Source of the DNA: an uncultured Acidobacteriota bacterium
Lineage (GTDB): Bacteria; Acidobacteriota; UBA6911
NCBI GenBank assembly: GCA_963843575.1
Contig: CAWJKZ010000017.1
Coordinates: 32,001 to 96,000 of the forward strand
Length of the DNA stretch: 64,000 nt
Direction of reading: 5' to 3'
The position numbers were made by a program, and so were the translations under genes. How positions within the stretch are numbered: position 1 is the stretch's first letter; each line of letters opens with the position of its first letter. This document shows positions 9,049 through 19,753 of this stretch, piece by piece. The notes beneath the pieces were generated by a model. That model did not search any database and was not told the DNA's origin. It worked only from the letters and a program-made list of their open reading frames with translations.

Positions 9049-10416
9049 ATGCGAACAGACGCTTTGTCCAGACGCTGTTTTCTCTCAACGACCGCGGCGG
9101 GCATCGGGGCTGCAGCGGTGCCTCGGCGGGCGGGCTCCCAAGTGGCGGTCAAGACCGCCGTCGCGGTCCCCGGCAAGCCTGCGATACTTGGGGGGACCCC
9201 GGTGCGTTCCCGGCCGTTCCCCTCGTGGCCCGTGATCGGCGAGGTCGACGAGCGAAATTTCCTCGACGCGTTGAGGAGGAAGGAATGGTGCCGGCTCGGC
9301 GCCAACATCACCACAAACTTTGAACAGAAGTGGGCACAACTCCTCGGCGCGAAACACGCGATCGGGGTCGCGAACGGCACGAACGCGCTCTACGCGGCGC
9401 TGTATGCCCTCGAGATCGGCCCGGGGGACGAGGTGCTCGTCCCCTCATACACCTTTGTGGCGACCGTCAACGCAGTCATCCAGCAGTACGCCCTCCCCGT
9501 GTTCGTCGACACCGACCTCCGCACAATGGAGATGGACACGAAGAAGCTCGAGGGGTTGGTCACTGGGGACACCCGCGGCATCATCCCGGTCCACCTCGGC
9601 GGCAACATGACCGACATGGACGGGGTGCGCAAGGTCGCGGCGGCGCACAACCTCGCCGTCATCGAGGACGCCTGCCAGGCCCACTACGCCGAGTGGCGCG
9701 GTCAGAAGGCGGGAACCCTCGGCGACATCGGCTGCTTCAGCTTCCAGGCTTCCAAGATCCTGCCCTGCGGCGAGGGGGGAGCGGTCGTCACGAATCGCGA
9801 CGAGCTGTACGATCGGCTCCACGCCTTTCAAAACAACGGCCGCGACCGGCTCACCGGGACACGCAACGGCTACCAGTATCAGGGGTCCAACCTGCGGATG
9901 ACCGAGTACCAGGCCGCGCTGCTCCTGGCGCAACTGACCCGGTTCGAAGACCAGTGCCGGCTGCGCGACGCGAACGCCGCCTACCTCGCGCAGCTGCTGT
10001 CGTCCATCCCGGGTATCCACCCCGCCGAGAGGCACGAGGGCTGCACGCGGAACACCTATTACATATTCATGGCGCGCTACGACGCCTCCGAGTTCGCCGG
10101 GATGCCGCGCGCGCGGTTCCTCGAAGCGATCCACCGCGAGGGGATCCCGTGCGGCGGCGGTTATTGCCGGCTCAACGAGGAGCCGTTCCTGCAAAAGACC
10201 TTCGCGTCGAAGGCGTACCGAAGGATCTACGGCGAGGCGAGGCTGAAGCGCCATCGCGAGATGAACGCCTGCCCTGAAAACGACAAACTCTGCGACCAGG
10301 GCCTTTTCTTCTCACAGACGTGTCTGCTCGGCTCCAGGAGCGACGTCGAGCAGATCGCCGAGGCCGTCTCCCGGGTCCGGAAGCATGCGCCGGAAATAGC
10401 CGCCGCGCGGGCATAA
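9049..10416 (+). CDS. DegT/DnrJ/EryC1/StrS family PLP aminotransferase with Tat signal
   Basis: SRRCFL twin-arginine leader; GPGDEVLVPSYTF, IEDACQAH, FSFQASK (PLP Lys), GEGG, GSNLRMTE. Confidence 0.92.
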   Translation: MRTDALSRRCFLSTTAAGIGAAAVPRRAGSQVAVKTAVAVPGKPAILGGTPVRSRPFPSWPVIGEVDERNFLDALRRKEWCRLGANITTNFEQKWAQLLGAKHAIGVANGTNALYAALYALEIGPGDEVLVPSYTFVATVNAVIQQYALPVFVDTDLRTMEMDTKKLEGLVTGDTRGIIPVHLGGNMTDMDGVRKVAAAHNLAVIEDACQAHYAEWRGQKAGTLGDIGCFSFQASKILPCGEGGAVVTNRDELYDRLHAFQNNGRDRLTGTRNGYQYQGSNLRMTEYQAALLLAQLTRFEDQCRLRDANAAYLAQLLSSIPGIHPAERHEGCTRNTYYIFMARYDASEFAGMPRARFLEAIHREGIPCGGGYCRLNEEPFLQKTFASKAYRRIYGEARLKRHREMNACPENDKLCDQGLFFSQTCLLGSRSDVEQIAEAVSRVRKHAPEIAAARA

Positions 10417-10448
10417 ACCGCTCCCGTAATCTCTCGGGATAATCGCAG

Positions 10449-10475
10449 GGGCCGCGGCGAGCCGCCGCGGCCCAC
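10449..10475 (-). repeat. REP family A copy (GTGG + GC palindrome)
   Basis: GGGCCGCGGCGAGCCGCCGCGGCCCAC. Related copies at 18712, 18768, 27294, 38702, 47527, 47660, 48913, 61541. Confidence 0.8.
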
Positions 10476-10493
10476 TCCTTCGGAGCAGCACTC

Positions 10494-12621
10494 ATGAAAC
10501 GTCACCTGAACACGTGCCTGATCGCCGCCCTGGGCTTCATGTCGGCCGCCCTGTCGGTCGCGCAGCAGCCGCCCGCCCCCGGTCGCCCCGCGCATCGAAC
10601 ACAAGAACGTCTGGCACGGCGAGACCGTGGTCGACCCATACTTCTGGCTGCGGGAGAAGGCCAACCCCGAAGTGGCGAAGTACCTCGAGGCGGAGAACGC
10701 ATACACGCAGGCGATGACCAAGACGCTCGTGCCTTTCCAGGACTCTCTTTACAAAGAGATGCTCGGGCGCATCAAACAGACCGACCTGAGCGTCCCGGTG
10801 CGAAACGGGAAGTTCTACTATTACTCCCGCACCGAGGAGGGGAAGCAGTACCCGATCTACTGCCGCAAGGCCGCGGCTCCGGACGGCTCGCTCGATTCCC
10901 ACGCCGCCGAGATTGTCATGCTGGACCAGAACGAGATGGCCCAGGGCCTCCCGTTCCTGAACATAGGAAACGTCCGGATCAGCGACGACGACAATCTCCT
11001 GGCCTACACTACCGACACGACCGGCTTCCGGCAGTACGAACTTCACGTGAAGGACATCCGAAACGGCCGGATCCTGCCGGACACGGCCGAAAGGGTCACG
11101 ACGGCGGCCTGGGCGGGCGACAACCAGACGCTCTTCTTCGTCACCGAGGACAAGGTCACGAAACGCCCCAACCAGCTGTGGCGCCTGGGGCTCGGGGGGA
11201 CTGCCCTGCTGCTGTACGAGGAGAAGGACGAGCTCTACGAGATCGGCGTCGACCGGACCAAGGACAGGAAATACCTCCTGCTCGTGGCCGAGAGCACCGA
11301 CACCTGGGAGACCAGGTACCTGGATTCCGGCACCCCATCCGGTGATTTCACAATCGTCCTGCCGCGGGAAAAAGGGCACAAATACAGCGTCGAACACCGG
11401 GAGGGACTCTTCTACATCCGCACCAACAAGGGCGCCAGAAACTTCAGGGTCGTGACGGCGCCGGTTTCCAATCCCGGTGCCCCCGGCTGGAGGGAGTTCA
11501 TCCCGCACCGCGCGGACGTGCTCGTGCAGTCGCTGGAAATCTTCAAGGACTTCGCGGTCGCGCACGAACAGTCGCAGGCGCTGAACCGTTTTCGTGTGTT
11601 CAGCTTCAAGGGCTCGGCGTGGCACGGCGTGAGGTTTCCCGAAAAGGTGTACTCCGCCTCCGGTAGCGACACGCCGGAGTTCGGCAGCGCCACGTTTAGG
11701 TTCAGCTACGAGTCGCTGGTCACACCCTCCAGTGTCTTCGAATACGACATGGCCGGCCGAACCCGGAGGCTCCTGAAGCGGCAGGAGGTGCTCGGGGGGT
11801 ACGATCCTGCGCGCTATCGGACCGAGCGACTGTGGGCGACGGCGCGCGACGGTGTGAAGGTGCCGATTTCCATCGTGTACAAGAGAGGGTTCAAGCGGGA
11901 CGGCTCGGCTCCCCTGTTCCTGTATGCCTATGGTTCGTACGGCTATGGTACCCCGGCGGATTTTTCGAGCAGCAGGCTGAGCCTGCTGGACCGCGGTCTG
12001 GCCTACGCCGTCGCCCACATCCGCGGCGGGGACGAGATGGGCGAAGCGTGGCACGACGACGGCATGCTGATGAAGAAGAAGAACACGTTCACCGATTTCA
12101 TCGACGCCGCGGAGTTCCTGATCGCCAGGAAATGGACCTCGAAGGATCGGCTCGTGATCGAAGGGGGGAGCGCGGGCGGTCTTCTGATGGGCGCCGTCAC
12201 CAACATGCGCCCCGACCTATTCAAGGCGGTCCACGCCGCGGTCCCGTTCACGGACGTCATCAATACCATGATGGACGCGACGCTCCCGCTCACGGTGGGC
12301 GAGTACCTCGAGTGGGGCAATCCCAACGAGAAGGCCGCGTACGACTACATGAAATCCTACAGCCCGTACGACAACCTGGAGAAAAAGGCGTACCCGGCGA
12401 TCCTGGTGACCACGAGCTTCAACGACAGCCAGGTCATGTATTGGGAACCGGCCAAGTACGTAGCCAGGCTGCGCACGCTCAAGACCGACGGAAACGAGCT
12501 CTTGCTGAAGTGCAAGATGGAGCCTGCCGGCCACGGCGGCGCCTCCGGCCGCTACGACAGGCTGAAGGACACCGCTTTCGAGTACGCCTGGTTCCTCAAC
12601 CAGCTCGGCATCCGGAAGTGA
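10494..12621 (+). CDS. ptrB: S9A oligopeptidase B (protease II), secreted; apparent frameshift near 10575-10580
   Basis: Signal peptide MKRHLNTCLIAALGF..., then HGETVVDPYFWLRE in another frame; GGSAGG catalytic Ser, DSQV, GHGG. Confidence 0.88.
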
Positions 12622-12650
12622 AACGGGGCGCACCGTGTGATTCTTACCAA

Positions 12651-12828
12651 AAAACAAGTGGGTTCGGGCTTCAGCCCGGACGCTGTTTGCGGTCGCTAGA
12701 ACGTGCGCCCGTCGCCAAATAGATCAGATCAAAAGACGTCCGGGCTGAAGCCCGGACCCACTTGTTTTGCGGGCAGGGCGGGCGGTTCAATCGTTGGACA
12801 GCCTCTAAAGCCCGGACCCACTTGTCTT
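12651..12828. repeat. Repeat family B (GGGCTTCAGCCC hairpin element with ~32-bp TIRs)
   Basis: AAAACAAGTGGGTTCGGGCTTCAGCCCGGACG...CGTCCGGGCTGAAGCCCGGACCCACTTGTTTT. Copies near 35038, 43025-43420, 47575, 53288-53490. Confidence 0.85.
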
Positions 12829-12938
12829 TGCGGAAACCGTTTTTTGCGGAAAACTGTAGCCCGTGCCTCGCGTCCCCTTGCCCTCGTCTCCGCCGGGGAG
12901 CATTCTTAGCCTTGGGAATTCGGAAGGGAGAAAGCCAT

Positions 12939-13559
12939 TTGAAAGCACTCCGATTCACCGTCACCGCATCGCTGCTCCTGACGTTTTTCGCCGCCTGCGC
13001 GGAGGCGCAGGGGCGCATCGACGCTTACTTCGGCCTAGGCACTGCCAGGGTGGGGTCAACCGATCAGCTGATCGACATCGGAACCGGCATCGCACTCCCT
13101 ACCCCTTCGATGGGCGGCGTCTTCGGTACCGTCGGAGGCGGCGTCATGCTCACTCCCAGCCTCGGAGTGGGGGCGGAGGTGGCGTTTCGTTTCGCCAAGG
13201 ATGACTACGCGGGGCTGCAGTACCGACCGGTTTTCTACGACTTCAACGGGATCTTCACGCCGAAGCTGGGTGGCGACCGGATCATGCCGGAATTCCAGGC
13301 CGGGCTGGGCGGAACCAGCCTGCGCTTTTACGGCGGAGGGGCATTGTCCTGCGACTATTACGGGCAGTGCAGCGACTTCGCCGGGAGCAGCAATCATTTA
13401 CAGCTTCACGCGGGCATCGGGCTCCGGGTTTACGTGAAGGAGAACATCTTCATTCGCCCCCAGTTGGATTATCACTGGGTGCACGGCCTCACCGACGAAT
13501 TCAAGAGCAACTCGGTGCCGGCATTCAGCATCGCCATCGGGGTGAGTTCGACCCGCTGA
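12939..13559 (+). CDS. Outer-membrane beta-barrel protein (OmpA/OmpW-like 8-stranded)
   Basis: TTG start after GGGAG; signal peptide; alternating Gly/aromatic beta-strands. Confidence 0.7.
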   Translation: MKALRFTVTASLLLTFFAACAEAQGRIDAYFGLGTARVGSTDQLIDIGTGIALPTPSMGGVFGTVGGGVMLTPSLGVGAEVAFRFAKDDYAGLQYRPVFYDFNGIFTPKLGGDRIMPEFQAGLGGTSLRFYGGGALSCDYYGQCSDFAGSSNHLQLHAGIGLRVYVKENIFIRPQLDYHWVHGLTDEFKSNSVPAFSIAIGVSSTR

Positions 13560-13567
13560 CTGCCCGT

Positions 13568-15084
13568 CTATCGGCCAAGCACCACGCGCCGGCCGTCGTA
13601 GGCCGGGTAGACCGTCCCTTTGCCGCGGATGTACTCCGCGAGGACTTCCATCCGGACCCTGCCGCTGTCCTGAACGGCGAGGCCCTTCAACGCCTGGCCG
13701 GCGAAGTACGAGTTGGTGACACCGCTGTAGGTGCGGTTCTCTTCGACAGGCTTGCCGCCGATGGTGGCCTCCGTCAGTGCGCCTTGTTGAATCCGGTAAC
13801 GGATACCCGACACCGAGGGCGCGTACTTCTTGAGCAGCGCGAGGATATCGCGGCCCGCAGCCTTGAAGGTCACGACCGTGTTGCTGAACGGGTCGAGCGT
13901 GACCAGGTCCCCGCGTGTGATGTCACCGCGCAGCAGGGGAGCCCGGATTCCCCCGAGGTTTCCCATGGCAAAATCGCTCCCGGTCGTCTCGCGCAGGGCG
14001 TCGTCGACGAGGTGGTACTCGGCCAGGTCGATCCCGCGGCTGCTGAACTCGCCCGTCGCTTGGCCCAGCATCTCGCCATACCGCGGGGCGATCGTCCGCC
14101 AGAATTTCTGCACGACGGCGGCGACGCCCGGATCCTCCGGGATCTCGGATGTGATCGGGAGGAGCCGCGATCGGTATCGGTCGACGCGCCAGGAGCCCTT
14201 GTCGTTGCGGGTGAAGAGCAGATCGAGCCTTCCGAGTTCGCCTCCCCACTGGTGCGCCTGGACGAGAACGGTGCCGTTGACATCGGTCGCGAGGAGGTCT
14301 TCCGAATGCCAGACCAGGTTGCCCGGACGGAAGCCGGGAGTGGGAGTGCCCCCCGACGATGACGTCGATCTCGGGGATCTGCGGCGCCGAGCTTCTCGTC
14401 CGCGCGCTCCCCCGCGTGGGATATCGCGAGGATGATGTCCACCTTGGGATGCAGCTCCGCAACGATCTGCCGCGCCGCCGCAAACTCGTCGGCGACATCG
14501 ATGCCCTCCTTCCCCGCCCGGTAGGTCGCCGACTCCTGCGTCAGCAGGCCGAAGATCCCGACCTTGATGCCGCCGACCGTCCTGATGACATACGGGCGCC
14601 ACCAGGGGCCGCCCGGTCTCCCGGTCGAAGGCGTTGGCGCACACGAGCTGATACCGGTGAGCGAGACCAGCTTTTCTCAAGTTGCGCCGCCGGGTAGTTG
14701 AATTCGTGGTTGCCGAAGGTGCCGAAGTCGTAACCGGTCGCGTTCATGGCGGCGACGTCCGCCTCGCCCTGGTACTCGATGGAAAACGGCGTCCCGTCGG
14801 AGTAGTCGCCGGCGTCGACCAACCACACCGTCGTGCCGCGCTGGCGCAATTGATCACGGATCTGCTTGACGAGCGTCGCCCGGCGGGCGATCCCCCCGAT
14901 ATTCCTGTGTTCCCGCAGTCCCTGGATCTCGGCGCCCGACGAATCCGGGTAGCTGAACGGCCGCAGGTGGCTGTGGGTGTCGTTGGTGTGCAGGATCGTC
15001 AGGGCGACCGGCCTCGTCGGACGCGCTCAGGATGGCACACAGGCAGAGTGCGAGTGCGGCGATGAAACACAATCGGCTCTTCAC
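13568..15084 (-). CDS. Bifunctional metallophosphatase/5'-nucleotidase (UshA-like), several apparent frameshifts
   Basis: Pieces in different frames: LTILHTNDTHSH, IGGIAR, LVDAGDY, GNHEFN, IDVIVGGHSH, GNLGGIRA, DPFSNTVV. Confidence 0.85.
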
Positions 15085-15204
15085 AACAGGACCTCGCGGC
15101 AAAACGTGAGCCGACATCGTACCAAATGGACCGGGAGATTCAACGCCTGTCGGCGAGGTCGGGCCTCGCAGCCATCTTGAATTGCAGGCGAGGAAAGGCA
15201 ATAA

Positions 15205-15248
15205 AAACCAGTCACCCAAGACACAGAAAGAAACGGAAGGACACGGAA
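15205..15248 (+). repeat. ACACGGAA-type short-period repeat
   Basis: ACCAGTCACCCAAGACACAGAAAGAAACGGAAGGACACGGAA; inverted homologue at about 30831-30876. Confidence 0.6.
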
Positions 15249-15314
15249 ATCGGAGCCCGGGCTTGAAGTTCAGGTTACAATCCATTGAGCACGATTTTTC
15301 CAAGGAGCACACTC

Positions 15315-15623
15315 GTGAAACTTCCCGGCAATCTCCAGCAGATGATGCAGCAGGCGCAAAAAATGCAGGAGGCCCTGCAGCAGGAAATCGAAAAAATCAA
15401 AGTGACCGCCAGTGTCGGCGGGGGCATGGTTTCGGTGGAGATGGACGGCAAGAAGAACCTGTTGAGCGTCCAAATCGACCCTGAGGTCGCGGGCGACGTC
15501 GAAGCGCTGCAGGAACTGGTCCTGTCCGCCGTGCGCGAGGCCTCCAGGAAGGCGGAAGAGGAAATCCAGTTGAAGATGCAGGAGAAGATGGGTGGCCTGG
15601 GCCTCCCGCCCGGGCTGTTCTGA
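15315..15623 (+). CDS. ybaB: YbaB/EbfC nucleoid-associated protein
   Basis: QQMMQQAQKMQE...ASVGGGMVSVEMDG...IDPE...GLGLPPGLF; AAGGAG RBS before GTG. Confidence 0.93.
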   Translation: MKLPGNLQQMMQQAQKMQEALQQEIEKIKVTASVGGGMVSVEMDGKKNLLSVQIDPEVAGDVEALQELVLSAVREASRKAEEEIQLKMQEKMGGLGLPPGLF

Positions 15624-15995
15624 TTCCCACGGATGTGCTGGAAACGAGTCATTCAGCGGCGCTCCCCATGAAAGACCGGTCACCGAAACCGCCGGGTGCC
15701 CGAGCACGCGTCCGCGTGGATCAGGGGACGCGACGGTAGTTCTCCAACTCCCATAGGTGGACCGGCCCACGCCCTGCGATTCACATCCCGCAGACCGAGC
15801 CGCACGCGTCTCTAAAACTATTTCTAACCAAACGAGGGCCTGCGGGCCTACAATACCCGTCATCCGAGCCTTGGCGGTCAGACGCAGCGCACAGTCACTG
15901 GAGCGCGAGCGTGTTTCTCTCGATAGATCCGAACCGCACTCCTTCTTCGGCGTCACGACGTCCACTTCATCAAATCTTCCCACGGAGGCTGCAAA

Positions 15996-17543
15996 ATGGA
16001 ATCGAAACAAGGTATAGATCGCCGCAAGTTTCTGGAGTCTGCGGCCGTGCCTCTTGCCTTCACCATCGTCCCGAGACACGTGCTGGGGGGGCGCGGGCAT
16101 GTCGCCCCGAGCGACAAACTCACGCTCGGCTACATCGGCTGCGGCACCCAGGGCTTCAGGGAACTTTTCCGCCTGGTGGCCCACCCGGAGGTCCAGATCG
16201 TCGCGGTCTGCGATCCGGAGAAGGACAACACCAACTATGTGGAATGGGCTAAGAACGATCTGCGCAACAGCATCCGGAAGCTTCTGGACAAACCCAGTTG
16301 GGGTGAGGGCGTCCAGGGGGTCCGATGCGGCCGGGACGTGGCCAAGGAGATCATCGAAAGCTACTATGCCCAGAAAAGGGCCACCGAGCAGTTCAAGGCC
16401 TGCAGTAGCTACGCGGACTACCGGGAACTGCTGGACAAGGAAAAGGACCTCGACGCGGTAAAAGTCGTCACGCCCGATCATCACCATGCCAGCATTTCGA
16501 TCGCAGCCATGATGAAGGGGAAGCACGTGATCTGTCAGAAGCCGATCGCCAACAGGCTGGCCGAAGTACGGATGATGGTCGAAACTGCTCGGAAAACCGG
16601 GGTCGCGACGCACTGCTCGGCGTGGCGCAGCGGCCAGGACATCGAGGCGGTGAGGGGGATGATCCGCGACGGCGCCATCGGCACCCTCAAAGAAGTCCAC
16701 AACTGGACGGATCGGCCGTTCTGGCCGCAGTATCAGACGCTCCCGACCGACAAGCCGGCGGTGCCCAAGACTTTCGACTGGAACCTCTGGCTCGGTCCCG
16801 CGCTCGACCGCCCCTACCACCCGCATTACACCCACACCGTGTTCCGCGGCTGGTACGACTTCGGCGGAGGAAGCATCGCGGACATGGGCAATTACAGCCT
16901 CTGGCCGATTTTCATGACGCTCGACCTGCCGGTCCCGAACAACGTCGAGGCCCTCGTGAGTTCCTGGGTCGAGATCAACGACCAGATCAGCGAGGTGAAG
17001 ATGAACGACTTCTCCTTCCCGATTGCCTGCCAGGTCTGTTTCAGGTTCCCGTCCCGGGACGACAGGCCCATGCCGACCCTGTACTGGTATGACGGCGGCT
17101 TCCGGCCCTACACGCCCGAGGCGCTGCGCGGCGTGGAGAAAAAACCGAACCTCGCCACCGGGACTATGTACGTCGGCGACAAGGGAATCATTCTCGGCAA
17201 CCAGATCTTCCCCGAAAAGCGCAGGGCGGAGTACATGGCGGGCAGGACAGCACCCAAATCCGGGGCACCCCAGGCGGATGCGCGACGAGGAGACGGCGAG
17301 TGGATTACAGCCTTCAAAGGCGGACCTCCGTCGGCCGGCAACTTCCTCAACGCGGCCAACTGCTCGGAAACGATTGCGTTGGGCGGCGCCGCCATCCGGA
17401 TCGCCCGCAAGAACTTCAATGAGAGCCGTACGACGGGCCCGTTGGAGTACGACGCCCAAACCATGCGTTTCACCAACATGCCCGAGGCGAACCCCTACCT
17501 CGTGCGCGAATACAGAAAAGGCTGGGAACTCGGACGGTCGTAA
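15996..17543 (+). CDS. Gfo/Idh/MocA oxidoreductase, Tat-exported
   Basis: DRRKFL Tat motif; GYIGCGTQG, TPDHHHA, KHVICQKP, DWNLWLGPA, ADMGNY. Confidence 0.92.
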   Translation: MESKQGIDRRKFLESAAVPLAFTIVPRHVLGGRGHVAPSDKLTLGYIGCGTQGFRELFRLVAHPEVQIVAVCDPEKDNTNYVEWAKNDLRNSIRKLLDKPSWGEGVQGVRCGRDVAKEIIESYYAQKRATEQFKACSSYADYRELLDKEKDLDAVKVVTPDHHHASISIAAMMKGKHVICQKPIANRLAEVRMMVETARKTGVATHCSAWRSGQDIEAVRGMIRDGAIGTLKEVHNWTDRPFWPQYQTLPTDKPAVPKTFDWNLWLGPALDRPYHPHYTHTVFRGWYDFGGGSIADMGNYSLWPIFMTLDLPVPNNVEALVSSWVEINDQISEVKMNDFSFPIACQVCFRFPSRDDRPMPTLYWYDGGFRPYTPEALRGVEKKPNLATGTMYVGDKGIILGNQIFPEKRRAEYMAGRTAPKSGAPQADARRGDGEWITAFKGGPPSAGNFLNAANCSETIALGGAAIRIARKNFNESRTTGPLEYDAQTMRFTNMPEANPYLVREYRKGWELGRS

Positions 17544-17570
17544 TGGGGCCGGCGCCCCAACATCATAGGA

Positions 17571-18699
17571 GGGGCAGCCCGGCTACCCGGCGGGCCGGCT
17601 CGTTTTCAACCGCAACATGACCGGCCGGGATCCGTTGACCAGCAGCTCCAGCCAGGGTAACGGTCTCGCCACGATGTTGCTCGGCTGGGGAAGCAGCGGA
17701 GAGATGGACATCGACTACCCGACCGCCACCTCGTCGGGCTACTTCGGCGTCTATGTTCAGGACGACTGGAGAGTCAGCTCCAAGCTCACCCTGAACCTCG
17801 GGTTCCGCTACGATTTCGACATCCCGCGCACGGAGCGCTTCGACCGGCTGAACTGGTTCGACTTCAATGCGGTTTCCCCGCTGGCGGGCAAGGTGCCGGG
17901 GTATCCCAACCTGAAAGGCCTGATGCGTTACGCCGACAGCTCCCAGCGCACCCCGTATGACGGCGATTACAACAACATCCAGCCGCGCATCGGCATCGCT
18001 TACGCTCTCGGCAAGAAGATGTCCGTGCGCGCGGGGTACGGGATCTACTACTCGGTCTCGCGCGCTTCGATCAAGGGCGAAATCGGGTCCGCCTTCCGGT
18101 CCGGTTCCAGCTTACAGTTCAGCCGCGACAGCAACTTCACCCAGTATGCGACCCTGCAAAACCCGTTTCCGACCGGCCTGACCATGCCGCCGGGCCCGAC
18201 CAAGGATCCGCTGTCGTACATCGGCCTCGGTTTCGACTCCTACGACCCCAAGACCGTCAACCCGCAGATCCTCACTTTCAGTGCCGGCTACCCGATCGTC
18301 CCCCAACTGGACTCCCCGGATCTGCTGTCGGGAGACCAGCGGCCAAACATCGTCGGCGACCCGCGCACCACTGGCTCGCCGAGCCAACGCATCAACCAGT
18401 ACTTCAATGTCGATGCCTTCTCGCAACCGGATACCGATGTGTACGGCAATGCCCCACGGACGCTGCCCAATTACCGCACTTTCGGAGTCCGTAACGGCGA
18501 CCTGACCTTGATGAAGAACTTCCGGTTCACGGAAAGCAAGTATGCCCAGTTCCGGATCGAGGCGTTCAACATGACGAACACCCCGATCTTTGGAAGACCA
18601 AACGAGGCATACGGCAGCGACACATTCGGGCAGATAACTGGTTACGCCTCTGGTTGTGGCCCACGTCAGCTTCAGCTGGCGATTAAGTTCTACTACTGA
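17571..18699 (+). pseudogene. C-terminal fragment of an Oar-like TonB-dependent receptor, with probable internal deletion
   Basis: YVQDDWRVSSKLTLNLGFRYD, NNIQPRIGIAY, QFRIEAFN, PRQLQLAIKFYY. No signal peptide or plug; only ~375 aa. Confidence 0.8.
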
Positions 18700-18711
18700 C
18701 CTCCGGGAAAA

Positions 18712-18794
18712 GTGGGCAGCGGCGGCTCGCCGCGGCCCACTAAGCCGATTGACTGAACCTGGTCCACGGGCAGCGGCGAGCCGCCGCTGCCCAC
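18712..18794. repeat. Inverted pair of REP family A (REPIN/BIME-like)
   Basis: GTGGGCAGCGGCGGCTCGCCGCGGCCCAC ... GGGCAGCGGCGAGCCGCCGCTGCCCAC. Confidence 0.8.
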
Positions 18795-18809
18795 TTCCCT
18801 GGACGCGCC

Positions 18810-19697
18810 ATGTTGCAGATAAGACTGCTGTTCCTCTCCGCCGCCGTTTTTGCCGCCTCCTCCCTCGTTTCGCAGTCGAAGGACCCACCGCGGCCCGGCG
18901 TCAAGTTTGCCGGCGCCCGTTCGTCCGCCTACGGCATCAGGCCTTTCCCATCGACCGAAGGCTGGACCAACGGCCTTAAGACGATGGCATCCTACTTCCC
19001 GGGATCGACCCCCGTCGCGGTCTGGATCGTCGGCCGGCTGCACGGCGCCAGCAAGGGCATGTCGCTCGAGTTCCCGCGTCCCGACGACGGCGCGGATTAC
19101 GGGCCCTCCATCAACTTCGCCGACACCGACAAGCACGAGCCTTTCCTCACCGCGTTTGACGCCAGCGGCATCAAGGTGTTTCTCCAGATCGAACCGGGCT
19201 TCGCCGACGTCGAAACCGGCATCGACTTGGTCCTCAAGCGTTACAAGCACCACCCGAGCGTCGTCGGGTTCGGCATCGACGTGGAGTGGTACAAAAACGC
19301 CAGGACCGACAGCCCCAACGCGGTCGTCACGGACGATCTGGCCAAAGCCTGGGAGACCAGGGTGAAGTCGCACAATCCGAACTACCGCCTTTTCGTCAAA
19401 CACTTCCGCAAGGAAGACCTGCCTCCTAGGTACCGGGGGGACGTGGTGTTTGTCGACGACAGCCAGCAGTTCACCGGGCTCGATAGCTTCCTGTCGGAAT
19501 TCAAGGAGTTCGCGGACTGGTTCTATCCGAACACGGTCATGTATCAGATCGGATACCGTGCGGACAAGAAATGGTGGGGCGGCATCGAGGCGCCGATTCC
19601 GAAAACGATGGGCGAGAAACTGGCCGCGCAGACGCGGCAGGATTGCGGCATCGTCTGGGTGGATTTCACCCTCAGGGATGTCGTCGATGTGAATTAG
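18810..19697 (+). CDS. Secreted hypothetical protein (glycoside-hydrolase-like TIM barrel)
   Basis: Signal peptide; IKVFLQIEPG, HPSVVGFGIDVEWY, VFVDDSQ; typical codon usage. Confidence 0.7.
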   Translation: MLQIRLLFLSAAVFAASSLVSQSKDPPRPGVKFAGARSSAYGIRPFPSTEGWTNGLKTMASYFPGSTPVAVWIVGRLHGASKGMSLEFPRPDDGADYGPSINFADTDKHEPFLTAFDASGIKVFLQIEPGFADVETGIDLVLKRYKHHPSVVGFGIDVEWYKNARTDSPNAVVTDDLAKAWETRVKSHNPNYRLFVKHFRKEDLPPRYRGDVVFVDDSQQFTGLDSFLSEFKEFADWFYPNTVMYQIGYRADKKWWGGIEAPIPKTMGEKLAAQTRQDCGIVWVDFTLRDVVDVN

Positions 19698-19705
19698 CCT
19701 GCAGC

Positions 19706-19739
19706 CCCTGGAGGTGAGCTCCGCGGCTCACCTCCAGGG
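19706..19739. terminator. Perfect 14-bp hairpin between convergent genes (repeat family E)
   Basis: CCCTGGAGGTGAGC-TCCGCG-GCTCACCTCCAGGG. Confidence 0.6.
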
Positions 19740-19753
19740 CTCGAAGCACGGCG

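Noticed and set aside
15624-15995. SRP RNA or riboswitch next to ybaB
   Set aside because: No SRP domain IV (CAGG...GGAA...AGCAG) or recognisable riboswitch core was found by eye.
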